A DNA stretch of 64,000 nt, taken from positions 248,001 to 312,000 of the forward strand of contig JAYWIR010000028.1 in NCBI GenBank assembly GCA_036172245.1. Direction: 5' to 3'. The notes under the pieces were generated by a model that was given only the letters and a program-made list of their open reading frames with translations, was not told the origin of the DNA and did no database searches. Below, in pieces: positions 11,646-25,965 of this stretch. Positions within the stretch are counted from its first letter, which is position 1; each line of letters starts with the position of its first letter. Source of the DNA: Raillietiella orientalis. Taxonomy: Eukaryota. The position numbers and the translations under genes were made by a program.

Positions 11646-14600
11646 TAACTTTGAAGAAACCAGCTGCAGGATTTTCCTGATCTTGGAGGTAATTCATGAC
11701 GTAATCGTGATAGTACATCATGATGCACAGAGGCTGTCCCAGAATCACGGAAGACCACATCATGATGTTCCCCCATCTTCCACCGAATTTCGTCTGCACT
11801 ATCGTGCTGACCGTGGCAAGTGGAAGCTACGGGACAACCGGGTGAGGCGGGGCGAAGAGGAGGCAGGTGGGAGCTCTTACCTGGGACATCATGCCCATGA
11901 ATGCCCAAATTTTGAAGAGGCGTAGGGGAACGCTGACTAAGTACTCGTGGAAAAACGCGCTAAGCAGGAAGACCGCCGACGAGGCCCAGAAACGGCTCAA
12001 GTGCCAGTAATTCGTCAGTGGGGAGTAAAGGTGGCGGACTGCCCAACGATGGACGGGCAAATTCCACGTACGCCAAAAGTAGTTTGAATTTCGGGAATTC
12101 CACCAGTCTCCATAGAAATCGCGGTCCCCGAAGCGCAAAAGTTCACCGAGAAAATTCAAAAATCCGTGGAAAACTAAGTAAAACCAGATCAACCACAGCA
12201 AGTGGTTAGGAATCTGCGGAAAACGGACGATGAGCACGTGGCGCCGCCTGAGGACTTACCGCTAGTTTCAAAAGACGCTCTATGGCACGCAGCATCTCCA
12301 TTCTCTTAGAGTGTTCGGCAGTTTAAACATGAAAAGCACACACCTACTACTTACTGAGAACGGGATCAGGGAATTTTTCACAGTCGGTATGACCCATTGC
12401 TGGAAAAGAGCGACGGCTACATTGAATCCCACAAAGGTTTCTACGAAACGCCTCATCAAAAACCTTAAAAGGACACACAATGTACTGCGTGAAAACGGAT
12501 GTTTTTCTGCAAACCTCTTTCTTATGTTTTGTCTGAGAGGGAAATTCAATTCGTAACAGAGAGTGGGAGCCATCATAAAATAATACATATCCTTTAAATT
12601 CAAGTTATCGGGATAGACAGTAATGTTGCTTACGTCAGACTCGCTATTAATCACTTCTGAAATTACGATCGATTTGTATCACAATTACAAAAATTCACTC
12701 ACACCATTTTGATCATTTCACTCTTTCAACATTTCTATTTTTTTTTTTTTTTTTTTTTTTCAAATGCGTTCAAACAGAAAGACGGCAGGCGAAGGCGGGG
12801 AAGGAAGGAGCACGGGATCCTCCCCGATGCGGGAGCAACACCTTGGGGTTTCGTCGCGCGCGCCCACCGTGCCATCAGAGGAGCAGACGACATTTCGAGA
12901 TATCCCACGGCAGCTGAGGAAGTTGAGCAGCAGAACGCTCCACACCTCGAGGGAAACACTCGGCTCGCTGCACTTCGCCGCAAACAACGAGCCCCGGGCT
13001 ACTTTCACGGGCACCTCGACCAGACGGAGTTCCCTTAAGGGCGCGTTCCTTAAGCTGCTGTTTCGACAAAGGATCAAGCGGCAACGAGAGGAAAGGTCCC
13101 GCAACCGGTCACGGTACCATTCGGGAGCGTGGGCAATGTCCAACTCCGAACGGGGGAGAGGCGCGATCTAAGAACGCTACAGTGCAAGCAACGGAGGCTG
13201 CCGAGAGCAACGGTTCGGAACAAAAAAGCTTGCACGTTGATTTTCCTGGCACCGGAAGCGACCCTATGGAAACGGTTTCCCCGCGAGAAGATTTCACGGA
13301 AAACGGGGCAGCACCCGCAACAGCGGAGTGGAGGAGTTCGAAAAGAAACGCCTGAATGTGATCTTCAAGATGAGTATCGGAAAAAAGAAAGAAAGAAAAA
13401 AAAAAAAAAAAACTGCAGTGACTCGGATCTTCACGGTTTACGCAAAAGACAAGTCCACGAGCAAAGTTGCTGCTGCTGAAAATGGCGACTCCTCAAGCGC
13501 TCGCCAACGATGATGAGCTCCCGGATAGGAAAAGACTTCCTGCTGCACTGGCGAAGCGGCTGCAGATGCTGCTGCTATCCTGTTGCCAGGTCCCCCGTTT
13601 TCCGAACGTGCAGTCCCATAAAAACTGCACAAATTCGAAAGGCCTCCGGACGCTGCAGCAGAAATTTGCTAAGCACCTCCAATTAGCAGAAACGGTAATG
13701 GGTGGCGGGGTCATTATAATCTCCGTACAATAGCTCCGGGTTCCTTTCGAACCCTCGCATTTCACTTGGCTAGGAATGGCTTCAACTTCCGACCTCTAAT
13801 CAATTAGAATCAAGCTCCTCTCCTCTCAGAGTTTTCCCTTTCCATCATCCTCCCCTCCTCGACACGCTTTCCCCTTCAATCCTGCTGAAGCTCCTATGAC
13901 TTGTTTGACAGAAGCTCGGAATGACGACGCACACGAAAAACAGTGAATACGAGCTGCAGTAAGGAAGGCAGCCAAACGCAAGGAAACGTATACGAATGCA
14001 CTGTCTTCGGTGAAGAAAATAGACGCCAACAGCAAGTTACTTAGGGCACTGAAACTAACTTCCTTTCAACCTGGTAAAGCTCGAAAGACACCAGGATAGG
14101 CACCGTTTAACACCCGAGGTCATAAACCGTACATCTCTCAACTACGCAATACGTGAACACTGTCCCTCTCACGCTTTCACCACAGCCAAAAGGCCGAGAA
14201 GCGATACGATCCCACACAGATCTCATGGAGCAAAATCAACTTTTGATCGCTGCTTGCTAACGCGTCATATCCTATAGGTCATCCGAGTCTTTCCTCCTCT
14301 GCTCCTTCCGCATTTATCCCACAATCAGACGGAATGGGCCGATCTGAGATCTTTGGATCGAAAGACGCACGAAAGGATCGCCCTCATTAGGTCAACGCAC
14401 TGAAGGGCTCCACGCAGAAACTTATCTATAAAAGACAACGCTGCTTTTCATCCTGCGCCTCGCGCATCCGAGAGACGCTGGCTTCCTCGGCGGAAGCTTC
14501 TCTCTTAGGGCGAGGTCAAAAAACTCACTCTCTTCTAAAGAAGCTGTTTCCGTGAATCCAAGCATGTAAAACAAAGTGCCTTTGGTACGAATGCCCCCTT

Positions 14601-17452
14601 CGGAACGGCAAGACGCAACATTGGATCGTTTGCAACCATCACTGCAAGTTCGCCTGAATTACTTACATCTTCATCACCCATTCATTACTAATGAGCCACT
14701 ATTCACATCCCCTGAATGCTTGCACAATCACTGAACAAATGAGACTTGCAAAAATTGACCCCAATGAACATCCGACGGAACGGCACACAGTAAAGGAAAT
14801 ACTTCCGAATGTAGCGAGGCAAAACTTGAATGCAGGAGGCACCCTTATTCATTGCAGGGTATTCTGAAAGGCCCCATTCTTCTTTCTCAGCACCACGACT
14901 ACGGTTTCATAATTAGAAACACATCCAACAGGAAAATGCGCGGCAGTGTATGCTGCGTTCACCATGTCCACACGCTCCACTCTTCACATATGTTCCCGAG
15001 TGTTCGAAAGAACCGTGGTGATCCGAATGAGGCACTCTTTCCACGAACAGAGCTCCAGGGCACTCTCTCTTCCTTCCCAGGTCACCACGACACGCGCGTC
15101 CATTGCACAAATGCCTCTCTCTCGACCAGAATGATAGTTCCACCCCCATGACCCACGACACTCACACATCATTACAACAACACATTTCCATCGGATCTCC
15201 CTAAATATATATATATATATCAAATCCAATCGGCGCGCAAACACTTCCGGCTCTTTTCAAGGCTCCACAGCGGGAATTTAGTAAGCAATGAACACGAACT
15301 GCAGACACTTCTCATAGCCAAAAAACTTCCAACGCGGATGTTTCACGCATCTTTTAGATGTCTTTTAGATCGCACCGAAGAGAGTGACGAAACACCCTTC
15401 TGACATCATGTGGATGTGGATCGGACGCAAGCAATTCAGACATTTTTCGGAGAAAACCGCATGGCACTCCTGAGCACGATTTGGTGCAGGTTTTTTCCTC
15501 TTCTTCTCTTCCTTTTTTCCCGCTACGTTCTGATGCAAAGGCTCATTCCATCTGAAACGTTTCCCTCAATTTTTCATTTTTTAAAGTTTTTCCCTTCGTA
15601 TTTCTCCCGGTGACACATCTCATTTCTAACTTCGTATATTTTACTCGATAAATGCGTGTCGCTCAGCTTTCGTTTAACTCTGGGAAGAAGAAGAAGAAAA
15701 AAAAGATAAAGGCCCACTGCTGAGAAAGTGGCAGATCTTCTTCCTCAACGAAAACCTTAAGAAACGGAAAAAACTGCAGTTGTGATCCCGTTTGTAAGTA
15801 CTACGGACGCCGCTCGCCAGCATTCCCGATACTTCCCCTTTACGCGAAAAAAAAAAGAAGAAAATCCTCCACGCACGAAGAAGCTCGAAGCAGACGCGTG
15901 TGGAAAAAAATGGCGCTGCCCTAAAGGGGCGGGCCCACGAGATGGGGGCCGTGCGCGCATCCTGACGGCATGCAAATAGCTGGATTGCGCGGCAACCAGT
16001 AACCAGGTGATGCAGTCCACTGCAAGCCGTGGACCGGAGCTTCCCATGGCACGGAAGGCGGCGTGCACACGTGGATGCCACTCGACTGAAAAGACGCGTC
16101 CACTTTCGCAGGGACCCTGCGGATTCAGCTGCCGCTGCTTCTTTTTAGGTTTTCCGCTTTCGGAGAGAAAACTTGCGGAAGATGTGACAGAAATTCGGTG
16201 CGCTTGCGGAGATGTGAAAAGTTATGAGGTCCGAGTAGGCTCCTACGGACGCCCATCTGCAGAGTGGGCACACAACTTTTGGAAGGATATCTCGAGAAAT
16301 TACTACTCCCACAGCTGATTCAACCAGGGCATCGCTTGCCGCGAGTACGGGAAATCAATTTCTCGCATTCGGATACGGATGCTGAGCTTACTGGGTAACT
16401 AGTCAAACTGTTAGACGCAGAAAGTTCTCCTTACTTGCGTATATCTTCTCTTCCCCCCCCCCCCTCCTTTCCTCCCCGCCCCAATTTCCCTTCTTTGTGC
16501 CAACTGCAATTTGAAAGACGAAATCAAATTGGCATTTTTTTTCACAAAGGGTTACTGACTTCAAGCTTTGTTCGTTAATGAGAAGCATTCACTTTTCTGC
16601 TTCCTTCTTAATGAGCTGTAAGACTTTAACCCTACTGGAAATAGCAACGAGGGCACACCCTGGAGCACGGCTGGCATTGAACGTGAACACGATTCGTGCA
16701 GGATAACAACCTTCGACATACGCCCAAATGGACCATATGGAAACCAAGGATCAGTCGTCTGACAGAGAAACCAAGCCGTCTACCAGATTATCTGAAGGAG
16801 CGCTTTACAAAAATTTATATCTCAACGAGCAAAGTCCATAGCCCCCTTCCTCCTCAAACACACCCCAACGTAATCGCACTGGCCGACTGCACGATTAGCA
16901 CCCTTATCGAAACAGATCAGGCGAGAAAATCCGCACAGAAAGATGAGGGTGCCAAATAAGTACTGGATAAGAGAAATTGAATCAGCTGCCCGAGACGAGG
17001 CAACTCTGATTTTTCGGAAGCTTACAGGCTACCAGGAATGGGTGCACCAGGGATAATGACGGTGGACGATGGTCCGCATCGCACCAGAATGACGACGAAG
17101 TGTCCACGATCACATCTTTCGCAGAGCTGCACATTCCGCCCGACTACTGCTTGCGAAAGACCTTTGGGAGACTCCAACTGGAAGCTGAAGAGCGCGCTCT
17201 TAAGGAATCCCATCCTACGCTTCTCTTTTAGACCCACTCAACCGAAGGCACTTCCGGAGCACACGAATAAACTATTTGCCCGCCGAATGGATGTTTGGAT
17301 GGGAATCGATCACAGTGCACAAACTCGAACCATTTACAGTTAACGTTCTAATCATTAGGCAATCAGAAATTATAATGCTTCGCAGACGATACTGAAACAT
17401 GCCCACGAGAGATCCATGCCGTATACAAAAATGACAACTGCGTACATCGACC

Positions 17453-17489
<37 letters not shown>

Positions 17490-20400
17490 GATTTTTTTCA
17501 TTTCATATTCTTTAGGAACAACAACAACGAAAAAAGCTCCCAGTTTTCTTACTCACTCACAGACTTTCTTCGTTTTGTTATCTATTAATGATCACCTCCA
17601 TCATGAATACTGCATCAAAAATTCCAAAAATTACTTGCACTCGATCGTTGTTTTATTTTAAATAAATAGGATTACTCGTACACATATATATTTTTTTCCT
17701 TTTTGCTGACTGCGACACAAAGCAAGAAGAAAATGCTCACCTAATGTCAACCGCGGACGGGTGACAGTACATACAAAACCTGCAGCTTCGCTGCTACATA
17801 AGACAGCCGAGGATACAGAAAACGCCTCCCAAAATGCAGATTTTCGACACTTCTTCTCACTAAGCTTTCCCATTTACTTTCGGTTACTACGGTGCATTTA
17901 CTTGGCAAACTTTGCTGATTACAGAATACCTTTCGTCGGGCAAAACAAAAAGCGCATTCACTTTTCAGAAGCCGTGTACATATTTGCAATTCGTATACAC
18001 ATTCCACTGACTTTACTTGGACGAATCTTCGATTAAGACGCCAAGGATGGCCAAACAAAATTAAGTGGATTCACTTTTGGTTCGGAAAAAATAGGCAAAA
18101 CAGGAGAGCAGGGGGGGGGGGGAAAAAAAAAAAAAAGGAGTCCAACTAGACAACGTGCACCGTTCCTAAGATACTAAAACGACGGATGCATGATCTTTTG
18201 ACTGAAAGAAATACGTACTTATTTTCAACTGAATCCTTCGACTTTAACCTATAAAGGCGGCGCATTTGGTGTTTATAAGAAGCGCGGCTGAAATCGCTGA
18301 ATGCACGGCAGTTCGATTTCACCAAACCTACATTTGGCCACAAATGTGGACTTCGAAATTACTCAGGCTTACAGACAGAAATGAATGATCTGTAAACGAC
18401 ACTGGCAAATTCACAAAAGAAGAAAGTTCTTTTAAAGGGCTTTTTTTTTTTCATAACGAAATGTTTGGTCATATGATGACAAGGTGCAAGACTTTAGTTC
18501 CAAATCCAGCAGCCTCACCAAACAGGAAATATAATGTCCAGCCATTCACTTATCAGAGAACAATTTAGTCATCGTAAAATAATTAAACAGAAGAAAAATC
18601 ATCAATACGTGATTTTCTTCGATTGCTCTTATTCCCCAATTTGGAGACTAATTGCCATTAATTTATAGTTTTTTCTATTTTTCAAAAGTTTAAAGTACAA
18701 AAGACGATGAAGAACTGAAACCTACCTTTCCCAGATTGATTCAAAGGCTTTACATAATACCATTTTGCAGTTCAAAGGTTCAGTAGCACCTACAGTATCG
18801 CTGATGAAAACTTCCTAATATGCCATTAAAATTCAGAGAAAAGAAAAGTAATACAGCTAAAATCAAAAATATGTGCAAATTGATAAAGCACTTACAATTT
18901 ATGCCCTCAAGCAATGTAAAAAATGCCGAATCTTCTCTTATATGAGTAGCATATTAGTCAACCACAATGCCATGGAAATTCATTAAGAAAAATATCTTCA
19001 AAAACCTAAATTCACAAAAGAACTAGGATAACATTTAAACGCATGTGTTCATAAATCTTAATTCATACTGAAGTGAAATGCTAAGCAAATTGAATCACCA
19101 TTGGATTCCACAAATGCTCATGTAAATAACAATCAGCCTTACTCATTAATATCTTCATAGAATTCACATAAAAGGCAACAGATGAGTTAATAGTTTTCTC
19201 GGTTAGAAAACAATTTTTGATAAGTCTCAATTGCTGAATATTGTCTATTGCTAGCAACTACAAAATGATTTGCATCCTGTAGGAAATATAAATTAATACA
19301 ACTTTTCAAAACAAGAATATCATAAAAAGAAATCCTATCATGTATTCCTTTGATGATTTATTCAATTTTGTGAAATCGTCACTCTCACCTATTTTTTGAC
19401 ACATTCACAAGCAGACTACATGATAGCTTAATTCTGAAGTCATCTTTTTATATGAATACGGAAAATTGCAACAGTGAAAGGTGACACGACATCAGAAAAA
19501 AATGCTAAGAAATAAAATGCAAAGAACACAACACTAGCAGAAAATTTTGGTCTCAGAAAACTAAAATCATATAAAAAATTTGACAATTGGTTTTACAAAT
19601 ATTCACAGAAAATGTGGATTTGCAATTCGTATTATATCCCAACTATCAACGGAATGTCTGTAAACTTTCAATAAGCTTTAACTGCATTGGCATACCCTGA
19701 TAAATAAAACCCACCAGGCAATTGTTCAGTGCACGTGTTACATGCAAAGAAATATGCAAGGAACCGAACAAAACCATGATTATTTCCTCAGACTCGAAAA
19801 GATGAAGTCATGGATGCAACTATCTTTTATGCTATTAGTAGAATGGCAAGCAAAAGTAAGCAATCAAAAATAAAATTCATGAAAACAAGTGCAAATAATA
19901 ATAATCCTAATATACAAAAATGAAGGCAAATGCTGCATGATTCTTTAAACAAGAAGCAAAGCATCTAAACCGAACATCTTGTGAATGATACACAAAGAAA
20001 ACCAAACAAAGGCACATGTTTAAAGTTTTTCATTTGTTTACATTCACAATCAATAAACCAGATAATGAAATACTGAGGACTCCTGAATTACGCCCAGAAT
20101 AAAATAAAAGCATTTTGGCATCTCAAAAATAGGCATGTAAGTCTCACAATAAAAGCACTACTCTGAAGAACAAAATGAAAATTCTTTAATTCGATATTTG
20201 AGAAAATTAAACGTTAAATTCCAAACATCGATCCATTTAAGCACATCAATATATGAAAGAACTTGATTTTTAAAATTATGTACACCTGCTTACTTGTATC
20301 CAAGCAAATAGTTAGAATTCACTAAATAACTTAAATACACATTTACACTATTTCCAATTTGCACTTACAAAATCAATTGAGTAAAATTTTAGAGTGATAC

Positions 20401-23400
20401 TGCAATATTATAAAAGAAACCCTAAACATGAAAATGGAAAACTGGTTTCATAAACCAATTCTAACAAGTGCTGTACATTTCATTAAACTCTGAAAACATT
20501 TTGTACAGCATTAAGAATAAAAACAATACATTACACCATTAAAATACTATCCTAAGGATACAATGTGCACTATTTGAGGCAAATGTCTGAGATTTATTGC
20601 AATCAAATGATCAGTTCTTCAAATTATTAGCAACAATATGAAAATCAAGGAACTTGTAAGCTACTTTCTTTGCAATATAAACTTCTGCATTAGAAAAAAT
20701 TCTTTTTAGAATTAATGAAGAATTCAACATCATAATGAATACCTTGGGATTTTTTTTATGGTTATTCAAAAAATATTAACAGAGTTTGTAACAATTTTAT
20801 TAACGCAATTTTTAATGTATACTAATATCCATAAATATAGATGAAAAACAATATTTATCTAAATTTACATCCATTTCATTTAAGTTATCAATATTAAGAT
20901 ATTTCACATGAAAAACTGTTTCACAAAATTTAGAAGCTGCTGTTAAAAACTTCAAATACAATGGACAATTACAAATACTCACTTGGTGAAGATGAAGTCC
21001 TCCTTACTTTTTTTTTAGTATGCTGCTCAAACAGATATTGTCGACACCAGTAATTCACATGAATAAATGACCACAACTTCAGGAATATTACACTATAATT
21101 AAAACATACAATAGAAGCTCCAACTATAGATATGAAAACAAATGAACCAAAGTGTCAATTAATTCATTCTTACCAATTCCAAAATTATCAGGTTCATATG
21201 ATAATCTAATAATTGGTAAAGCCAGAAATGTTATCAGATTTACAACATGCAAAATAAGACCAAGTTTTGCAGGTATCCAATCTCTGGCTAGCCACTTCTC
21301 TATAATCAGTGCAGTAATAATCTCTACATTTGAAACTAAAATAAACACATAAAATACAATAGAAGAAGCTTAAAATTCTCTCTACATACATATCAAAAGA
21401 TGCACTGATGGGCAATACCATGTAAATTCATCTGAATTTCCATTTAAAGCTATTAACCAAAGTTTTGGATTCACTAAAAGTCCGTATCTAAAATTACAAA
21501 TAGAGATTAAAGACTAGACTCGAAAATGGTTCAAATATTAGTAATTGCTGTACTTATTAAAACTATTCTGAATGACAAAATAGTAAACAAATTCTGTATG
21601 GAAATGAAAATTAAAACAAAGAAAACTCAAAGTCATCTTCAGATAGAAAACTCATATTCGAATATGATAAATGTACTAAAAAGACATTTTAAAAACGGCC
21701 AAGTACATCAGATACCACAAAAAAGAAATTCTTTCTTAATAAGTCAACTATATTACGGTGTCATTTCATCAAACACTTTAGCAGATGTGTACTGGTTAGG
21801 AACAAAACTGGTATTTTATATATGCTGTTAAAATGTTTATATATGGAGACATATTTTTCAAATATTGAAGAATGAAATGCATTTAATCCACGATGCATAA
21901 TCAACACATATCCACCGTTTTTAATTATCAGTATTAGGATCCATAAAACTGACTTAAACAATTGCAAATATAATGAACATAAAGAATTCAAGTGATTTGG
22001 AGATTACCAAAAAACTAGTTTGGATTTTCTTTGCATGCTTTGAAATTAGATATATTTGCAGAAAAAATATTCAAGGAACAAACACAACACACAAAGCATG
22101 CAAAAAAAGCAAATGCCAAATATTTGAGGACTATGAAAATCTGATCAACAAAAATATTCTAAAGAAAATAATTAATTTTCTGGGGATGGAAAATGTGGAA
22201 TTAAATTCAGATTTATTTTCTGAAATAAGCAAACAATTTCATAAACATTTTCCTGTGAAGGAATTTTGACTTAAGTTAAAAGTTCACTACAAAAATTAAA
22301 ACAGCATTTATACTGGAATGAAACTCAAAACAAGCACAAAAACAAGAACTTTCATAGAGCATAATGGTGTGCTCTGATGTTGTGCTAGAACAAATGAACT
22401 ACCTATCCTCTCAATAAAGAACCAGTAGAGGTACTCAAACATAATATACCAAGACTGCAAAATCAGAACAAATAGAACAAAAAACAAACAAGATGCTGCA
22501 AAAGTTGGTGCATCTTGTCAATTTAGAATCACATTACAATGATACATAACATATGATACAACAACCATAGAATGGATATTTGCCCCTAACAGTTAAGGCA
22601 TGAAAAAAACTGCTACCAATTATGCAATGATTATGGCATTTCAATCTGTGATATGTGAATAAAAAACAAGTTTGCATATTCCTATTACAGCAAACAAAGT
22701 TAAGGACATTAACTTTATTTGCTAGACTAGCTATATGCTTGGTCATCATCATGTGGGCATTCCTAATACAATGCAATACATTAAGCATGACTGACGTTTG
22801 ACATTTATCGTATTTATTTATCTTTTTTGCATACAAAACACTGCAACCATGGTTCATGAATGGCAACTAGTTTGACTAGTCATGCATTTCATGAATTCCT
22901 TGATGTGAATTCTTCAAAACAATGAGCACAATGGAAAAACATGATAAAGGACTTTAAATTCACTACAAACATAGATGCTTAAACAAAAATAAATTCATTA
23001 TTATTTCATGAATTTCAACATATTTATTTTAAGTATTATTTGAGCATACACTTAAAGTATAATTAAATGCTTGATTAAAGGACAGAATGAAAACCTTTTG
23101 CATGAAATGACTCTTACGTACATTTAATTGTTAGCAGTAATGAAAAACAAAAACTTGAACCATGAAAATTCAACCACAACAAACAGTAAGTAGAATCAAA
23201 ACACCGTCTTTAACCCTCATTTGACTGGTAATAAACCAGCATTTCCGCTTCAAAACTCATGGGTAATCAACTTAATAAAGATGATTGAGATGATAACTTA
23301 TGCAAGTACAAATTCACAGATAGCAATTCACATATTCAGAGAGTATTGTAAGATATTTAAAGTGTAAAATCTGGCCATTATGTTAGAAAACTAGAAAATT

Positions 23401-23749
23401 TAAGGTTTTACTTAATAAAGTTTTCCAGTGAGAGTCTCAATCCACCAAGTGTTAGCAATAAAAATGCCAAGTTTACAAAACCGGAATAATCAGCAAACTC
23501 TGAAGACCAGGATAACAAGGAGTCCTTGTAGTGATGACAACTAAAAAACAATGCAATCCTAGTAGTATAGCATATCTGAATTGTTTTTTGTATAATAATT
23601 TTCAACATTCCAATGATTTAGGGAAACTATCCTTACGGATGATCAGGCTGGATCTTTCTTAGCTTTTTTTCTTCATAAGCTAGTTGTTCTGCTCTTGTAA
23701 CAGATTTAGATCTCCTTAACAAAGCTGTATCTCCGGCTGCATATGCCAT
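11641..23749 (-). CDS. DGAT1: Diacylglycerol O-acyltransferase 1 (MBOAT family; Drosophila midway-like); 10 coding exons
   Basis: Exons (minus): 23749-23637, 23540-23412, 21487-21390, 21335-21174, 21123-20983, 12656-12515, 12463-12355, 12304-12260, 12213-11881, 11826-11641 (TAA). Motifs: LRRSKSVTRAE, DSLLSWSS..YSGFVNLAFLLLTLGGLRLSLENFIKYG, FLKLWSFIHVNYWCR, YPDNLNLKDMYYFMMAPTLCYELNFP, ERLLKLAIPNHLLWL, FYGDWWN, WNLPVHRW, catalytic-His motif SAFFHEY, GQPLCIMMYYHDY. Confidence 0.96.
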
Positions 23750-24049
23750 TCTAGAAACAAAATGACTCAAGTAACTACAAAAGCAAAATGCAAATTTTTC
23801 AGTTTGTGCACTAAGAAACCGACGTTCTTGCAGATCCTTTTCTTTAATTTTAAAACATCCTCAACTTACTATAATGGTATGTGATGTAAAATTGACCAGC
23901 AATTATTTCACTTTCACAACTTTAAATAACGTTCTAAACTGTACCATAGCAGAAAGAAAGGAATTTTTTTTAAAAAATATAACAAATTTGCAACTAAAAA
24001 CAAAATAAAACGAGCAAGGAAACAATAAATAGCATTACTTATTGAAAAT

Positions 24050-25200
24050 AGCATCTACCTTGTAATCCTCTGCTCCTTGTATGATGAGAAAACACTAGTC
24101 CTTGGGGTACTGAATTATAACGCATGTAGTACTACGTTGCATTGTTATTTTAGACATTCGAATGACCTCCTACGTTGATTTACGTATGACTACTCTCACA
24201 AACTCGAAATTTGCTAGCAATTCCTTCACATCTTCTCACTCACCACGCATTTTAGGGGAGAACCTACAAATTTCGTGTAAATATGGCGAAAATTTTATTT
24301 GGTCATCACTGCAAGAGAATTTGGAAAGTTTCCGCCGTTTTGTGTGCCATGTACAAGCTAATGGCATTTTGTCCTCCGCGTTTTGTTTACTACAACTCGC
24401 GTCTTATCCATCCGACATCCAGAAAGATGAACTCTATTTTGAACTCTGAACACAGACCCAGTTACTTCATTGTGTACGCAAGCAAGTTTGTAACAAAACA
24501 AAGGTAATTAACATGAAGATTCCTACATACAATCACAGAACCTTGCGTTTTTTTTATACCATATAGCACACTCCTCTTTCTTGCGTTTAAAGAGACAGCT
24601 AAATCATAAGAGAACCCCAACAGTTTTCATCCATTCCTACGTGCTGCCCAATTCCCACAAGAACAAAATGTTAACATGAACGGGCTGAGACATCCTCGCA
24701 AACTTTATTAAACATTCGTTCAACTTTCGATTTTGAGAACTACCTATCCATCACACTCGCTTTTCAACGTGTTTCTGTTTGCTCATAAACTTGAATCACT
24801 ATGCAACAACGACGAAGCAGGGGCAAATCTGGAAGGAGGAGGGGGGAACGGAAAAGATCTTCCTCGTGTGATGGACGCTCGCATCTTATATTCCAGCAAC
24901 GCATGCTACCGCTTTTGCCAACATCACATTCGAGATGACCTTGATATTTAGGGGAATTACGAATTCTTTACGAATTGCCATTGCAACTATGAACTCATCG
25001 GTCATTTTTTAGAATTATTTTTCGTGACCAGGTCGAAAGGAATGGAACTTGAGGAACCTGGGATCGAAAGCGGTACATGGATTGGGCTGAATTTTCAACA
25101 GCACTGTGGAATTCGAAGACTGTTATCACTACGCAGCAGCTACGGCTTGGCCATGTGATATAATGCCAAGCTTGTAAACACACAGATCTTGCTGATCATC
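24050..25200 (-). promoter_or_regulatory. Probable 5'UTR exon and promoter region of DGAT1
   Basis: The ATG exon is preceded by an acceptor (ttgtttctag, 1 nt before ATG), so a non-coding exon should lie upstream. A possible donor AAG|gtagat sits near 24059, and CpG dinucleotides reappear from ~24.1 kb. Boundaries are approximate. Confidence 0.3.
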
Positions 25201-25926
25201 CTTTTAAATTGCATGTTTCTTCCGCTTTCTCGTTTCATTCTGTCGTTTGGCTTATTTCTGAGGATATGGCTGTTAACCTTTGCACAAAAAATCTGGTTTC
25301 ACTTTGCTGTCGATACTCTGTATAAGAGTGCAATTTCATGCCATGAATGCAACACAGTTTACACTATAAAGTTAAAGCTTGAGGTCTAATACAAGATAGG
25401 CTGTTGTTGTTTTTTTCCCTCCAGTTCAAACAAAACAGATATCCAATATACATAACTAATTGCTTTAAGACTATAGTGAGCCTTGACGTAGAAAGGTTAT
25501 TATAAAATGATGTCGTTTATAACTTCCCGTGAAGGATTTTTAAAAACATTCACTTTGCAAAAAAAAAAAAAATATTCCTAGTTCCTTTTATTTTCGAATA
25601 GCTCTCCATTTTTCTCTAATTAATATTAAATAACACATCATAATTAAATACCCAAAACAAATTGACCTGATGACTATTGAAGCCATCTTCAAATTGAGAT
25701 CGGAGATAGGAACATTTATTCTCAGGAGGCAGTGATAACACTTGCTTGCAGGACTGTCTCATTAAAATTAAGGGTTTCTCTCGTGAAACTCTTAATAATG
25801 AATTTCGTTTTGGTAAGCAAAAGGTGCGTATAAAAGAACTTTGGTGAATAAAGAATACATATACTTTTGGACCTTACAAGTCCACTGTCTTGTAACTCTT
25901 CAGTCACGTAACTTATTATAGGAGTT

Positions 25927-25965
25927 GTTCTCAGTTCTCAGTAGTTCTCAGTTCTCAGTTCTCAG
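25927..25965. repeat. 7-bp tandem repeat (GTTCTCA) x5
   Basis: gttctca gttctca gta gttctca gttctca gttctca g. Confidence 0.9.

Noticed and set aside
12697..12735. Possible DGAT1 micro-exon ending in a gtgagt donor
   Set aside because: All three frames contain stops or the wrong phase, and exon 5 joins exon 6 in frame without it.
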